Of a stretch of 64,000 bases of DNA, positions 38,589 through 51,720 are shown piece after piece. The stretch is taken from NCBI GenBank assembly GCA_035221665.1, contig CM069156.1:22320001-22384000 (forward strand), written 5' to 3'. This stretch comes from Okamejei kenojei (taxonomy: Eukaryota). The stretch's first letter is position 1, and every line of letters starts with the position of its first letter. Under the pieces are notes generated by a model. It worked only from the letters and a program-made list of their open reading frames with translations, ran no database searches and was not told the DNA's origin. A program made the translations under genes and the position numbers.

Positions 38589-39436
38589 GTAGGTGTTAAA
38601 TTGGTGAAAGCAGCTCCTGGAAAAATGAGTGCAATTCTGATAATCAGATTTTCAGGACTATTGCGTGTTATTCCTTGTACCCAACTCACTTTTACTTTAG
38701 ATGGTAAGGAATGATATAATTTTCCAGTGAGCCCCATGAGATAAGAGGGAGTATAGGTACTGAGGTCCCAGTGAGTTGAGGAGAGTGCAGCAAACATCTG
38801 GTGAGCCAGATGCTGGACCATTGGGATTTTCCAACAGTCGGATTAACAGAGCTTCATTATATTTCTATGTGAACGCTGCTTATATGTTTTGTGGGTATTT
38901 CTAATTTTTTTTCTTCTGATTTTTAAAATTTCAGTTAATGAACTGTGCTGTCTGGTCTTGGGTTCATTTTGAATGTTCTTGCCCGTTTCCTGAATTTGTT
39001 TGTTCGAACTTTGCCGGGGAGCCTCAGCGTTGGAGTTGCCCCCCTCAGATCTCTTGAAATTGGTGTTGGCCTGGCCATCCTGACCCTCTGGTTCTGTATC
39101 TGTTCAGTGATCAGGGAGTTGTTGTTTTGTAATCTGTACAGGAATTAACTTTGGTGGGAAAACCAGAACAGAGTGACGAGGCAGAAAGGATACAGTTGGG
39201 AACGGTCACATAGCACCAGTAGCATCTTGGTTTTACGCCATGCGGGAATATGAATCGGAGGGTATTATTTTAAAGTCACCATTCGGGAGAAGTCTATTCA
39301 GTAATTTTGGTACTTGTTGCCTGACTACTGGTAAAGGCGCTGTTATGACTTGCTGCTGTATTTCTAAATATCCTGTGCACTTGTGAGCAGGTTGTCTACC
39401 CAACTCCAAGTACACGATCCTCCGCACTACCTAACC

Positions 39437-39723
39437 CAGTGCCTCCCAAACGTTTTTATCTGCAGCCAAAAAAAGATCAAATATTTGGATTCGTGAACCA
39501 TCTTTGGAGATGCATGATAAATAAATTGATAATTCTGTCAGAATGATGAAAGTTTTCAAATACATTTTATTTGGGCGATGCAACCTGAATCACCAAATTA
39601 AAACATTAAATACAAGTCAAATTAAATAATTGAAAATTAAGTTAAAACATGAATTAAACAATTTTGGAGCCCTTCATAGCCCAGTTTCAATTCTCTGTGG
39701 CGGCCTGAGATTAGGAACCAACG
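39437..39723. mobile_element. hAT (Charlie-like) non-autonomous MITE
   Basis: Degenerate TIRs CAGTGCCTCCCAAAC and TTAGGAACCAACG; perfect 8-bp TSD ACCTAACC at 39429-39436 and 39724-39731. Confidence 0.7.
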
Positions 39724-40236
39724 ACCTAACCCATGATTGCTCACAATAGTAGCATGATTGCTCACAACTGTTTGCTATATATTGTTTCTTTTTGGGTAGG
39801 TGTGGTTTTAAAATCAGTAATCATTGGTCATTATTCTTATTTTTTAATCAGCCCTTTACAGAGCTGACCACCATCTTTTGCAGTACTAGGTCTTTGAGCT
39901 GCATTGGTAAAGCAGCCAGAGAAGTGATTTGGTGTACGCCTTTAAATGGGTGCTTGAGGTTTCCGTGGGCTGAAGAGTCTGTTTCCATGCTGTATGAATC
40001 GATCTTGTCTGATGTGTCCGTGTTGTTTAATGCAGATTGGTATAATTGGTTTAAATGGCAGGCACCAGATGACTTAGTCTTGGCTTCTTACTAATTTGTG
40101 GATAAAGTACTCTTAAGGAGCATGTTTTTTTCCCCCTGTTCATAAAACCCCGGATAAAACTGTTATATTAGGATCAGATGTTGCACTGTATAATTGTCAG
40201 TATTTTTTATTTAACCTGTGGCCGTTCCTTTGGCAG

Positions 40237-40383
40237 TCTTGCTGCTGGCTTACATGAAGGGAAATGCCAATCTATGTCGAGCCATTGTGCGGGCTGGAGC
40301 CCGCCTGGGTGTCAATAACAACCAGGGGATCAACATATTTAATTACCAGGTGGCCACAAAGCAACTGCTCTTCCGGCTTCTAG
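40237..40383 (+). CDS. ANKFY1: ANKFY1 coding exon
   Basis: ggcag| LLLAYMKGNANLCRAIVRAGARLGVNNNQGINIFNYQVATKQLLFRLL G|gtaaca; 147 bp. Confidence 0.94.
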
Positions 40384-40609
40384 GTAACATACCACTGATT
40401 ACAAAGCTGAATTTGATTATTGTAATTTGTGTATAGAAAAATAGTTTAATTTTGAGTAAAATTATCAATGGATTGAGAGAAAGTTGGTTACCTGGTTTTC
40501 TTTCAATCTGTTAGCATTTCTATTATAAACTGGTGTGATAACTCCACATTCAGATATTATAAAGGCTCACTTGGTCTTTCTTACTGACATGTAATTCATA
40601 GCAAATTAG

Positions 40610-40686
40610 GTAGACACAAAATGCTGGAGTAACTCAGCGGGACAGGCAGCATCTCTGGAGAGAAGGAATGGGTGACGTTTCGGGTC
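40610..40686 (-). mobile_element. Short Penelope-like pLTR insertion truncated inside the hammerhead-like motif
   Basis: Minus strand reads GACCCGAAACGTCACCCATTCC...TTTTGTGTCTAC; CAAATTAG is repeated on both flanks. Confidence 0.75.
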
Positions 40687-41376
40687 ATGTCATGTCAAAT
40701 TAGAGTTGTCTAATGAAGCACCAGTCAGAGGTCAGAACAATGCCAGATTGGTGATGCTATCAACCAGTGTGGGAACACCCACCAAAGACAGCTGTAGCAT
40801 TTTCTGGAAGGATTGGCACCATGCATCGTCGACATTGACTCCACATGTAGCTTGTAAATTTTCATGGTGTTGGTTCAAACATGAGCTGGGAAGATTCATC
40901 TGATTATTATTAAAGCCACAGAGGGCATTTGGCCCATTGGGTCCATGCCGGCTGCTAACGGAGCAGTCACATTTGCTCTCCATTTTCCTCTAACCTTGCA
41001 ACTTACTTTCTCACCATAGCCATCAGTTCCTCTTTGGTTCTTTTGCCATCTACCAACACCCAGGAGTAATTTTCAGCAGCAATTAACCTGCCAGCACACC
41101 CTTAGTGTGTGGATGTCTAATTCTTGCTCGGTTCTGACCAAAGGTCCAAGACCTAAAATGTTAACTTTTTTTCCAAAAATGTTGTCTGACCAGAGTTATT
41201 CGAGCATTTTCTTTTTACTTCAGTTTAACAATGTCTACTTTATTTTTGATTTTCAGCAGTTTATAATGTTCATTAGGTATGAAATTCTCGGGTGTCAACA
41301 AAAGGTGTTGAGAAAAATTGTTCTGCAAAGTAACCTTGGATACCATCTGGTTTCTGATGTTAAAATGTTGTTTCAG

Positions 41377-41467
41377 ACATGCTGTCAAAGGAGCCCCCTT
41401 GGTGTGATGGTTCCAACTGCTTCGAGTGCATCTCCAAGTTTGGCGTCACAATGCGCAAGCACCATTG
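41377..41467 (+). CDS. ANKFY1: ANKFY1 coding exon (start of FYVE domain)
   Basis: ttcag| MLSKEPPWCDGSNCFECISKFGVTMRKHH TG|gtgagt; 91 bp. Confidence 0.94.
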
Positions 41468-41635
41468 GTGAGTTTGGTTTTTGCGCTCAAATATATTTCA
41501 CTTGTGTGAAGAGTTTGTCAGTATTATTTGAAGCTGACACTAATGTTACTTTATCTTTTAAAATTGTACACATTATGAATGGATCCTCTCCCAGTCTGGT
41601 AGCTTTTCATTTAGAGCTGCATTAGCAGCAGGAAT

Positions 41636-41699
41636 TGGTCATAGGGCCCCTTGAATGGTCATAGGGCCCCTTGAATGGTCATAGGGCCCCTTGAATGGT
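41636..41699 (+). repeat. 20-bp tandem repeat, about 3.2 copies
   Basis: (TGGTCATAGGGCCCCTTGAA)x3 plus TGGT. Confidence 0.95.
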
Positions 41700-44600
41700 G
41701 CACGTTGTTCACCATTCAGTGATCTAATTGTTGCCTGCCTGATCCTCAGAATTTTGTGACACGTACAAAAATAGCAAATTTTGGATGTAAATTTATTTCA
41801 AGAGCATCCACAGCATTGTCAGGTAACAAGTTCCAAAGATTCCTTTGGAGACTCCTTTGGAGAATGAATTCCATCTTCTCCACCCAGCCTTTATCCTGAG
41901 ATTGCGCCTCCTTGTTCTAGGTTTCCTACTGGAGAAATGTCCTTGTGGCATTTACCTTGGCAAGCTCAGGGAGTAAATCACCACTTCACTGCATTGAATG
42001 CAAAATATCTTCCTTAAAATGGAAACTATATATTGCACTCTGTGTGAACTCTGAACAAATGTAGTAAAACCTCCCTTTTGTAACCCATCCGTCTTGCATT
42101 AATGACATGCTAACTTTCCCTTGAACAAGGACAGCCAGCTCTCTGAATACAGCATTCATTAATCTCACACCATTTAAATCTGCTTTTCTATTCATCCCAT
42201 CACAGTGAATATGTTTGCATCTTTCAATTTGCTAACTGTTGGCTCTTTTGCTGAACCTACCTGTGGGCCTTTGCAGAATTTTTTCTTTTCTACAACCGCC
42301 TTTCCCATTGAACTTTGTAACATCAGCAAATGTGGACTCCATACACAGTCCTTTCATTTTAATCACGATGAGAGATTCTAAATGGCTGAGAACCCAGCAT
42401 TGATCCCTTGCCTACCCCACTAGATAAAGATTGCCATCTGGGAAACTACCATTCCGCCTAGCTGTTTTGTCCATTAACCAATCCTTTATTTCTATTAATA
42501 TTATCCCCCACAATATATTTATAAGCCACAACGTTACTTCACGTCTTTTATTTGAAATCCATCGTCGACCCTGTCAATCCTCTTGCAGTTATCTTTCATA
42601 TTTTGTCTTTTAAATGACGACCTAGCTTTAAATAATCTACTCCAACCTTTTCCCAATGACACATTGTAGGCTCACTAGCCCGCTGCAAGTCTACTTTCTT
42701 GTTTATTGAACAGCTGTGCTCCATTTGCAGATTTCCAATCCATTGGAACCTTTGAAAACCCGCAACAGTGCACCAACTACTTCTGGAGCCATTTCTTTAG
42801 ATTTGTAGAAAAGTATTGCACAGAAACAGGTCCTTCAGCCCACAATGTCTATGCTGAACAGTTACACTAATTAAACTAACCACCATATCCCCTCCATTCC
42901 TTGCATATCCAAATGCCTATCTAAAAGGCCTATCTAAACACCACTATAAGATCTGTTTCCACCACAGCCCCTGCCAGCTAGTTCCAGGCATCCAGTATTC
43001 TCGTAAAACAAAAAAAACCTACCCATATATCTCCTTTAAACTTTCCCCCTCTCACCTTAAAGCTATACCCTTTAGCCTTTGACATTCCCATGCTGGGGAC
43101 AAGGTCTGTCTACCTAGCTATGTGCCTCAGAAGTTTACATAATTTTGTCAGATCTCCCTTCAATCTCCATCACTCCAAAGAAAACAATCCAAGCTTGTCC
43201 AATCTTTTCTTATAGCTAAAATCCTCTAATTCAGGCAACATTTACATAAACCTTCTCTGCACCCTCTCCAAACCCTCCATGTCCTTCCTCTAATGGGGCA
43301 TTCATTGATGCACACACTGCTCCAAATACAACCTAACCAAAGCTGCAACATAACTGCCTGGCTCTTGTACTCAATTGCTCGACTGTTGAAGGCAAGCAGA
43401 CCAGACGCCGGCTTTACCACTCTATCTATGACCGTGCTATGGACTTGGACTCCAAGATCCCTCTGTACGTTATGACTAACTTTATACTTTCACCTTGCAT
43501 TCGAAATATCAAAGTCCAACAGCTCACATGGATTAAACTCTGTCTGTCATGTCTCTGCCCATACCTGTAACCTATCCCACTATCCTTATACAGTCTTCCT
43601 CACAGCCTTCAACTGTTTGTATATCACAGCCGTCACTTAACCTGCAGAATATCATTGGTCACAGACCTGCAGCTAGAGCAACATCATTAGTCTTCGACTA
43701 ATAAGCCAGGTCTGAATCCAAACGATCATGTCAGCATGGGCCCCATGCATCTTAATTTTCTGGATTAGCCTACAATGAGGCACTTTATCAAATGCCTTTC
43801 TAAATTCTAGGTGGACAATATCCACTGCCCAAACCTTATCACTAACTCTTGATGCTTCCTCGAAAAACTCGATCAATTTAGTAAGAGGTGATCTGCTTCA
43901 GGCAAAGCCATGCTGACTTTCCCTGATGATTGCATTCTCTTCCAAATGCAACTAAATCCTATCCTGACGAATCCTCTCCAATTGCTTCCCCACTGTTGTC
44001 CTGCAGTTCACTGGCCTATAATTTCCTGGATTATTTCAACTTCCCTTAAACAAAGCAACAGGACTGTTGTTGCTCCTTTCCTGTCCTCTGGAACTTTGCC
44101 TGTGACTAGAGAGGATACAAATATCTTTGTCGGGGCCTTTGCAATCTCTCCTCTGGGGCCCCTCAATAGCCTGGGATAGATCCCACCAAGCCCTGGGGAT
44201 TTATCCACCATTAATCCTTCTGAAGAAACCTAAAATGATCATCTTTTGATTTCAAACTGCCTTAGTGTATTGGTATATCAACCACTGATCTCACTGTCCT
44301 CCATGCCCTTCTTGGTGAATCCAATTGCAAAGTACTCTTTTAATAGCTTGCCTACATCATCTGAACCAAGCACAAATGTCCTCCTCTGAGTGAGTGATCT
44401 GACCTTATCCTGAATTACCCTCTAGTTTTTTTAATGTATAAACGGCCTTGATCGACTTGCCAGTGACATTTCATGGCCCTTTTTTCCAGTCTTTACTCCC
44501 TTTACCTTACCTTGTACACTTTTATTCTTGTGATTTAAATTCTTTACCCCTTTGTTTTCTAATTCCCTACTATTTTTAATATATTCTGCACTTTGCCTCC

Positions 44601-44880
44601 TTTCTCTTTGTGCACCACCTGTTGTACTCGTATATGGTATGATTTGCCTGGATTGTATGCAAACAGTTTTTCACTATCTCCATATATATGATACTAATAA
44701 AGCAATACCAATATTTTAAGTGCCTCCTGCACTCCAGGGAAAATTAGACCCAGTCTCTTCTTACAGTTCAAACCCTCCAGACTCAGTAACATCCTTACAA
44801 ATCGTGTTTGTATCCTTTTCAGTTTAATGGCATCCTGTCTGTAACTGGGTGACTAGAACTGTACACAGTACTCGAAATAT
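41700..44880 (-). mobile_element. Cluster of old CR1-clade LINE fragments
   Basis: IEFFEE...[44 protein letters not shown] motifs on the minus strand; boundaries approximate. Confidence 0.75.
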
Positions 44881-45704
44881 GGGAGAGTTTGGGCAGAAGG
44901 AAATTTGAGGAGTACGTTCAAAATGTGATGGCCAGTGCAGTACGATACTAAGGGAGAGTGCATATAATGTTAACAGAGCCACGGTAAATAGGTCAAAGTA
45001 GGGAAACAACGTAAAATATTGAAATTACAGACTTCAGATGAGGAAAATGAATTGGCAGATGCGAGAAATCTGAAACAAAAGACAAAATACCAAACAGCAT
45101 ATCAGATAGCAACTATGTAAATTAACATAACATGTCCACCAAATCTGTGAAGAACTCGATGGAGAAAACGTGCGTTTTAAATTGCAATGGAGAAGCAAAG
45201 GAAATGTCTGATAGGATGGAGACCAGGGTTGCCCAGGTACAATCGTTGTCTTCAGCGCTACTTAGTTACAGCTGCACAGTATCTGTCCCCATATCTGGTT
45301 ACATAATTATCTGATTAGCTTAACTAACAGATGACTTGTTTTCTGTAGATTAATAGTGTAACAATCCACAAAAAAAACTAGTTTAATATTGCTTTTAGAA
45401 CTTAAAAACTTTAGAATGATGACCAAATTCCTGACATTTATACTCTGGTACACCCATTTAAACTGCTTTTAAACCTGGTTAGTTTTGATGCCAACTTTTC
45501 AAAGCTTAAATGCTTTCAGGAGTTTGTGGCTTGGTTTGGTAACACACCACCCTCTGAGTGAGAAAGATGAGGATTCCAGCCACCTGATCACAGAAACAGG
45601 GTATCACAGCACCAGGAGTGCTGCCTTTTAGGTGAGACAGTGCTTGGTAAGTGGAAAATGAAAAACCTTTACTGTTATTTGAAGAGCAGAGTTGTTCTTC
45701 CAGA

Positions 45705-45820
45705 GTACAGTCATATAACAACCATATAACAATTACAGCACGGAAACAGGCCCTCTCGGCCCTTCCAGTCCGTGCCGACCATTTGCTTTCCCCTAGTCCC
45801 ATCTACCTGCACTCAGTCCA
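45705..45820 (-). mobile_element. CR1/HER1 LINE or SINE 3' tail
   Basis: (ACCATATA)n-like tail plus CAGCACGGAAACAGGCCCTCTCGGCCC. Confidence 0.65.
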
Positions 45821-46259
45821 ATAACAATCCACAGCTTGTGTTATTAGAAGACATTATCTGTTTGCTCACACTGTGTTTGCCCCCTTGTGCAAACTAGCTG
45901 CAATGTTTCCCAGTATTACAATGATTCTTTAACAAACCTATTAATTATAAGTGCTTGGAGTGACATGGAATTGGGAAATTGAATTTTATTAATGCAAAGT
46001 TTGAACAGCTAATTAAATAGTTGTCTGTCTCCTGTCTGTCTTGACCATATTTTGAAACTATTTTTCTTCTTTCATTTCACTCCAGAAAAAAAAGATGGTT
46101 TAGTTGTAACAGTCTATTGTGTCACAAGCTGCCAGCAAAGGAGATGGTACTGTTTAATAACACTTATAAATATATGTAACTGATGAAGAGATGGTGTGGG
46201 GAAGGTTGTGCTGCCTCCAGGCTGCTCATTGTTGACCCGATTACTCTTTGTCTTCACAG

Positions 46260-46392
46260 CCGCCATTGTGGACGATTGCTGTGCCACAAGTGTTCAATGA
46301 AGGAAATTCCCATCATCAAGTTTGATTTGAACAAGCCTGTGCGAGTGTGCGACATATGCTTTGATGTCCTGACACTGGGTGGAGTCTCTTAG
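46260..46392 (+). CDS. ANKFY1: ANKFY1 last coding exon (FYVE zinc finger C-terminus and stop)
   Basis: cacag| RHCGRLLCHKCSMKEIPIIKFDLNKPVRVCDICFDVLTLGGVS*; completes the RKHHCRxCG FYVE motif. Confidence 0.96.
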
Positions 46393-49300
46393 TACTTGTT
46401 AGAGTTGCTCTCTTGTTTGTGTTTTACCAGCACTACATAATGCCTTTTCCAGCAGCTGGAAGGTCGAATTGGACTAGCACCTTTAAAGAGAAGTCTAAAC
46501 ACTTGAAGATTGCATTGTATTACTCAGATTGAAATTATGCTGTTTGATTGTAATAAGGGACTTGATGGCATTAATGAATGAGCAAATGCATAGCCACGTG
46601 AATCACTCAGAGTTGAGTGCAGGTGCTTCTGGCTGGGATTGGTATGAGCCTATTCTTACAGGGTTGTATGGTAGAAATATTCAGGACCTGGGGGTGTTTC
46701 AAATGAGCACACTCCAGTTCTGTTCTACTTTGTATTTTTTTAAATCCTTGCTCGTTAATCATAGGTAATGCTTTTTTCCCTTCCCCAGATCCATTCAAAA
46801 TATAATCTTCGATATCATTGGGAAGTTACACTTGTGACTGTAGACTAACTCAACAATCCCTTGAGGGTATTGACTATCCACTTCTCACATGGACCATGTA
46901 TGGCAAATGCTTCAATTTAGAATCCTCATTCTTCATCTGTACATGACAGCAATTGACTTGCTGATTAGAAATTGACTCTCTGGGAAGAAATTGGTAACAC
47001 TAATTCATTTTACCAGTATAGTGGCTATGCATTTAAAAAGGGAAATGGCATATATTTGAACGAAATGCATAGCCTACTCTGTGGTAGAATATAGTTTCTT
47101 TTAAACTGGAAAAACATAACTTTTAAAAAATATATCTGCTTAGCACAGTAACAAACTAATCTTTAGGAAGTTAATTCTGTAGTCTATAGTATTTGAACAG
47201 AATGTTTTGCCTTTTCATTAATTTCAGTTTTAGTTCAGTAGGTCTGTTTGCTGGATTCCCCTTGTAAGGAGCAGTGCAGACTTGCATGCGACTTGTTCTA
47301 GGATCACCTCACTGGATAATGGATGTGCTCCAACTAGAATAGAGGAGATTAGTTTGTTGGAAACCCTGCCATGAGAGTCATTAATCCATCGGGTGCTGGG
47401 CGCACACATTAAGCTTTGGTCATAAGTCACAAAGAAGCCACTTTTGTTATGTGTGAATGATACTCGGGCATCCCTGAACAAGAGAATGTTACATTTTGAA
47501 AACTATTCCACTTTGTCAAGATTCGCTGCATGACATGCAGTGAAAATTGTGTAAAATATTTCAGAACAAAATGTATTTTAAGCAGTTTGTGCAGTGCTGA
47601 ACAATGCTTTAATGTGTTTTGGCAAAATTTCCCATTGCATTATAACTTAATCCATTGGAATATAAACTCTGCTGCTTTGAGCCTGAATAGTTGATATCTT
47701 ACATTGACATCCCATATATAATTCTGTTATACTCTGTAATATTGCTTGCTCTGCACTTATTGACGGGATGAAGGGTAAACTAGACCTTTGGAAAGGTTTA
47801 CATTCATTTCTTTGTTGAAGTCGGCAACTTGTTGAATAACATTCCATGTGTAATACGATGTTGGTGCATTTGAATGCAGCTTGTGTGCCTTGTGAAGCTG
47901 CTTATATAATTAAACTCTATTGGAGGCTTTTGGCTAACAACAATTGCTTTGAACTAATGTGCTAGTATTAAATTCCCTTAAAAGTTTAATGATGGGGTAG
48001 ATTCAAGACACTATTTACTTGGCATGATTATGTTCTTCTTTCATGGTCTTGTTTGCTAAACATCCTAGGGTAGCTATGTTATTTCACTAATTTCCCCAAT
48101 TGTGTTCATGCTAAAGCTAAAGCTTGCCAGAAAGAAAGCCAAGCTCGCTGATTCTTGCAGAGCCAAGACACAACCGATCCGTTCTAGTATAAGGAGGAGC
48201 ATTAGATTTTAGTAACCGTTTTTCCAGATACTCAGTGCTTTCAGGTGTTGGCCTGTGACACTGAAAGCAATAAGTAATGCGTGTAACAAAAATCAGGGAT
48301 CCTTCAATCCTACGATGTTTCAAGGACTGATTTAATGGTTCCGTTTGATGATGGCTGTTCATTGAGATCAATCAATAGAAGCACTGCCTTTGTGATTTCT
48401 GTATCAGTTCAGCATGTGGATAGGTTGAGCAATAATTGGCCAGCATTGCTTATTGTTTGCCCATTAAACTAAATGTCCAGTTAATTCCTGCAACCATAGT
48501 CAGAGGCTGTTGTCCTGGTAGGAACAAACTACCCATTAGGTCAGCAATTGCTTGTAGTGGTTAAATTGCAGCAAAAGCACCAACATCTTATTCCATCTAC
48601 TCCCATCTACATAATCCTTCCAGTGCCTCTGTTCTTTTAGCCTGCTGAGTAACCTCAATCCATTGAGGACTGCATCTTGTCAAACATCAATGCTCCATGT
48701 TCATCCAAACCTTCTATAATGAGCAGTGCTTTATGAATAAATCCACAGAATATTACAAAAGAACAAATGAATTTATAGAGATCTGTTTGAGTAGCCAGTG
48801 CTCAATGTGTTAAAACTTTTATTTTGGACTTTATGTCCACTTCATTTTTCAGTGTTAGAAGAGATCTGTTTTGCACTTGCATTTAAATCTGTTGCACAAT
48901 TGTCCAATAATAATGTATGTTTACTTATGTTTACAGTGTGTAGGCAAATAAGTCAGTGTAACAACATTGATTATCCAGGATGTTGCTAACACTGGTGCTT
49001 GGGGATGTATAAATCAATATAGCCAGCTTTGGTAACAGAAGCCTGACTCTGTAATTCTCGGTCATGGTGATGAAAAGTGGTCATCGACCAGAATCATGTG
49101 TAGATGTGGCTTGAGCTATGGATCAGTATTACTTTAATAGGTATTCCTGTGAAATGTCAGAACACTAATACATGTCAGTGTGATTTGGAAGCCACCACAA
49201 CTACTTTGATGTATTTTTTTAAATATACACAGACACATCATACAGTAAACAGTAAATTTAATTTGCATTTGGTTGCCTGCATTATGAAAAATATAAAATT

Positions 49301-49505
49301 TGCATATTTACAGTGCCTATTTGTTTGAACAGCAAACATGAGTACTTAACATTCCACAGTGCTGAGCATCATGTCATAATGCCATTACGTTTGGTCATGG
49401 TCAGCACAATCTCTCACAGGAATGGAGTACAAGCAGCCTTAAGCCCGATTGTTCACAGATGGAACAGGTGTACATATCCAGGAAGAAGCAATGCATACTT
49501 CAATT

Positions 49506-49584
49506 CTTCCTTTTCATCTCATGGTATTATATACCATCACCTGTCCAAGGTGATGGTATATAATACCATGAGATGAAAAGGAAG
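49506..49584. repeat. Perfect inverted repeat (37-bp stem, 5-nt loop)
   Basis: CTTCCTTTTCATCTCATGGTATTATATACCATCACCT-gtcca-AGGTGATGGTATATAATACCATGAGATGAAAAGGAAG. Confidence 0.97.
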
Positions 49585-49811
49585 GTGCTTTCGGGGATAA
49601 AACCACCTTATGAAGACCGATGCTTATCTTTAGGGTGGGGGGGAGAGAATCAAAAGATTGCAACTAGAATCGGGACTAGCTGCAAGTAGCTCAGCATCCT
49701 TGAGTAAATTTATCAAAGGGTCAATTTGCAGGCATTCAAGAGCAGAGATGCTATGGTGCAGTGGTGCTCTGTGCACAGCAGCAGTTACATTCAGCTGCAC
49801 GCTGTGCAGTA

Positions 49812-49867
49812 GTTTATTAATAAACCAACAGCAGCACGGCAGCAGCTGGAAATCCAATAAAAATAAA
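49812..49867. terminator. Candidate poly(A) signal cluster: palindromic GTTTATTAATAAAC plus tandem AATAAA on +
   Basis: AATAAA on + at 49819, 49856 and 49862; AATAAA on - at 49813-49818. Confidence 0.4.
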
Positions 49868-50039
49868 GCAATGAAAAAGCACGAGCAGCTACGTAATTTG
49901 GCACGTGCACCATTGTCCCCAGAACGTTGTCAAACAAAGTACAAGTGGTCACCTGAGTCAAGTACAAAGTGAAATGCACAATTTAGCTTCATCTCGCCCT
50001 TGAAAGAAAAGTACAGCCATTTCTATTAAGCGCTCTTAG

Positions 50040-50087
50040 AAAAAAACAAACTGTACAATCAGCCCTAATTGCATTGATAATTTTATT
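50040..50087 (-). terminator. Candidate CYB5D2 poly(A) signal with downstream U/GU-rich element
   Basis: Minus-strand AATAAA at 50087-50082, followed about 30 nt later by GTTTGTTTTTTT. Confidence 0.5.
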
Positions 50088-50659
50088 TAAACTTCACCCA
50101 CAATAATGTGAAGCTTAAAGGGTCACAACACAAGTATTTCCACAGGGCATGATGGTCCCGATCTCCTCTGAGATTAGTTGGGTTGATTGACTGCTGCGCA
50201 CATTAGTTACACCATCTGATTTTGCCTGTTTTCCGACTCTGGTCCATGGGCATTGAGGAGAGTGACTCAACTATAAAATGTGAATAACAGGGTGAGACCT
50301 CAGTAGTAGGTTTGATTTACTATGAACAATGGTCAATCATGGAGTTCAGAAACTCTCATGACTATTGATGACATTGCTGCCCACTTTTCTACATTTTGTT
50401 TTGCAAAAAATTGTTTTACATCAGAGACAGTTTAGGAACTCAAGACTGCAGGGGAAAGGATAATGCAAGGAATCAACTTAATTGGAAACAAAACTACACG
50501 TTCCCCTCCAACCCCTCAATACAATCTTGACACTATTATTAGGTCAAGCATCATGAACAATATCCATAAAGGAATAGTCTCTTTGACTGATTTTGTTCCT
50601 CCCCCATTTATATAAAAGTTTAAATATTGATGGCCTCTATGCTAGCCTACAAGAGAACA

Positions 50660-50870
50660 CTATTCATCCATAATGGCACAAAAGTGTGAAAGGCTGTGGC
50701 ATCCTGGATATTCTCGCAGGGCAGGGTTGTCCAGGTCTCCTCTGGAGTGAGCTGAATCAGGTTGATTCAATGCTGGTCCGTCTGTACGCACACAGGCACA
50801 GCGATGGTTCTTTGATCCAGCCGTGTACAATTTGCGTGGGACTCCAACCCAATTCCTTTTTACTCCTCCA
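50660..50870 (-). CDS. CYB5D2: CYB5D2 (neuferricin) coding exon 4
   Basis: ttccag| (S)GGVKRNWVGVPRKLYTAGSKNHRCACV...GDLDNPALREYPGCHSLSHFCAIMDE*; 211 bp. Confidence 0.94.
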
Positions 50871-51243
50871 CTGGAAAGAGAAAGATTACTATTCAGTGTT
50901 GGGATTCTAGAGAGGTGTAACTTGTCCTGTTCATAAGCAACCACTCACTTTTATCTCTGAGCCAGCTTGTTTGTCCATACCTCTTGCCCTCCCTGCTTTT
51001 CCACTGGCCTTGTACTGCAAGGGCAACTGTGTGTGTTGCAAAACCCTGTCCTTGTTACTGCAGGATGCTTTAGGAAAAATTTTAATGCATGTTTGTTCGA
51101 AGTGGATTGGCTGCAATGATGTGCAAGAGAGGCCAGATCCATCTCCAAGTGACTGGTCATGGTTACTCCTATCAGAGTGAACAATACAACAAGGGCCGAG
51201 CACACAGTGTGATCCAATAAAGTTGCCCAACTTTACTGAGAGC

Positions 51244-51430
51244 AACACAGTGGCACAGCAGTTAGCACTGCTGCCTCAACTTGTGACCCGAGTTTGTTCC
51301 TGACCTTGGCTGCTGTCTGTGTGGAGTTTACACATTTTCTCCCTGTGATCTTGTAGTTTCCCCCCCTGACGCTCCAAATTGTTTTCCACGCCCAATGATG
51401 TTCATATGGATTACATGGCTGCTGTGAAGT
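51244..51430 (+). mobile_element. V-SINE, degenerate
   Basis: CACAGTGGCACAGCAGTTAGCACTGCTGCCTC...GCTGTCTGTGTGGAGTTT. Confidence 0.6.
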
Positions 51431-51720
51431 TAGTGAGGAGGTTAGGTAGATAAAGGATGAAAAGGGACTTGACCCAAGGGGTGTTGAGAAAATGGGTTAC
51501 ATGGGGAATGGGACTGATATGTTCGAAGGTTGGATGAATCAGATAGGCCAAATGATCTGTTCATAATGTGCAAATTCTTGGGGAAGACATTTTTAATCCT
51601 GATCTCCATGCAGTAGAAGACAATATCCAACCTGCTCCACCAATAGGTTCATCTTCATTAGAGTCAACTGGGACAGACTTCCAACAGACTATAGATTAGT
51701 GGAAAGAACAAATGTCTGAC

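Noticed and set aside
41107-41625. 172-aa ORF spanning an ANKFY1 exon
   Set aside because: Out-of-frame read-through of intron sequence plus the exon; the true frame encodes the FYVE start.
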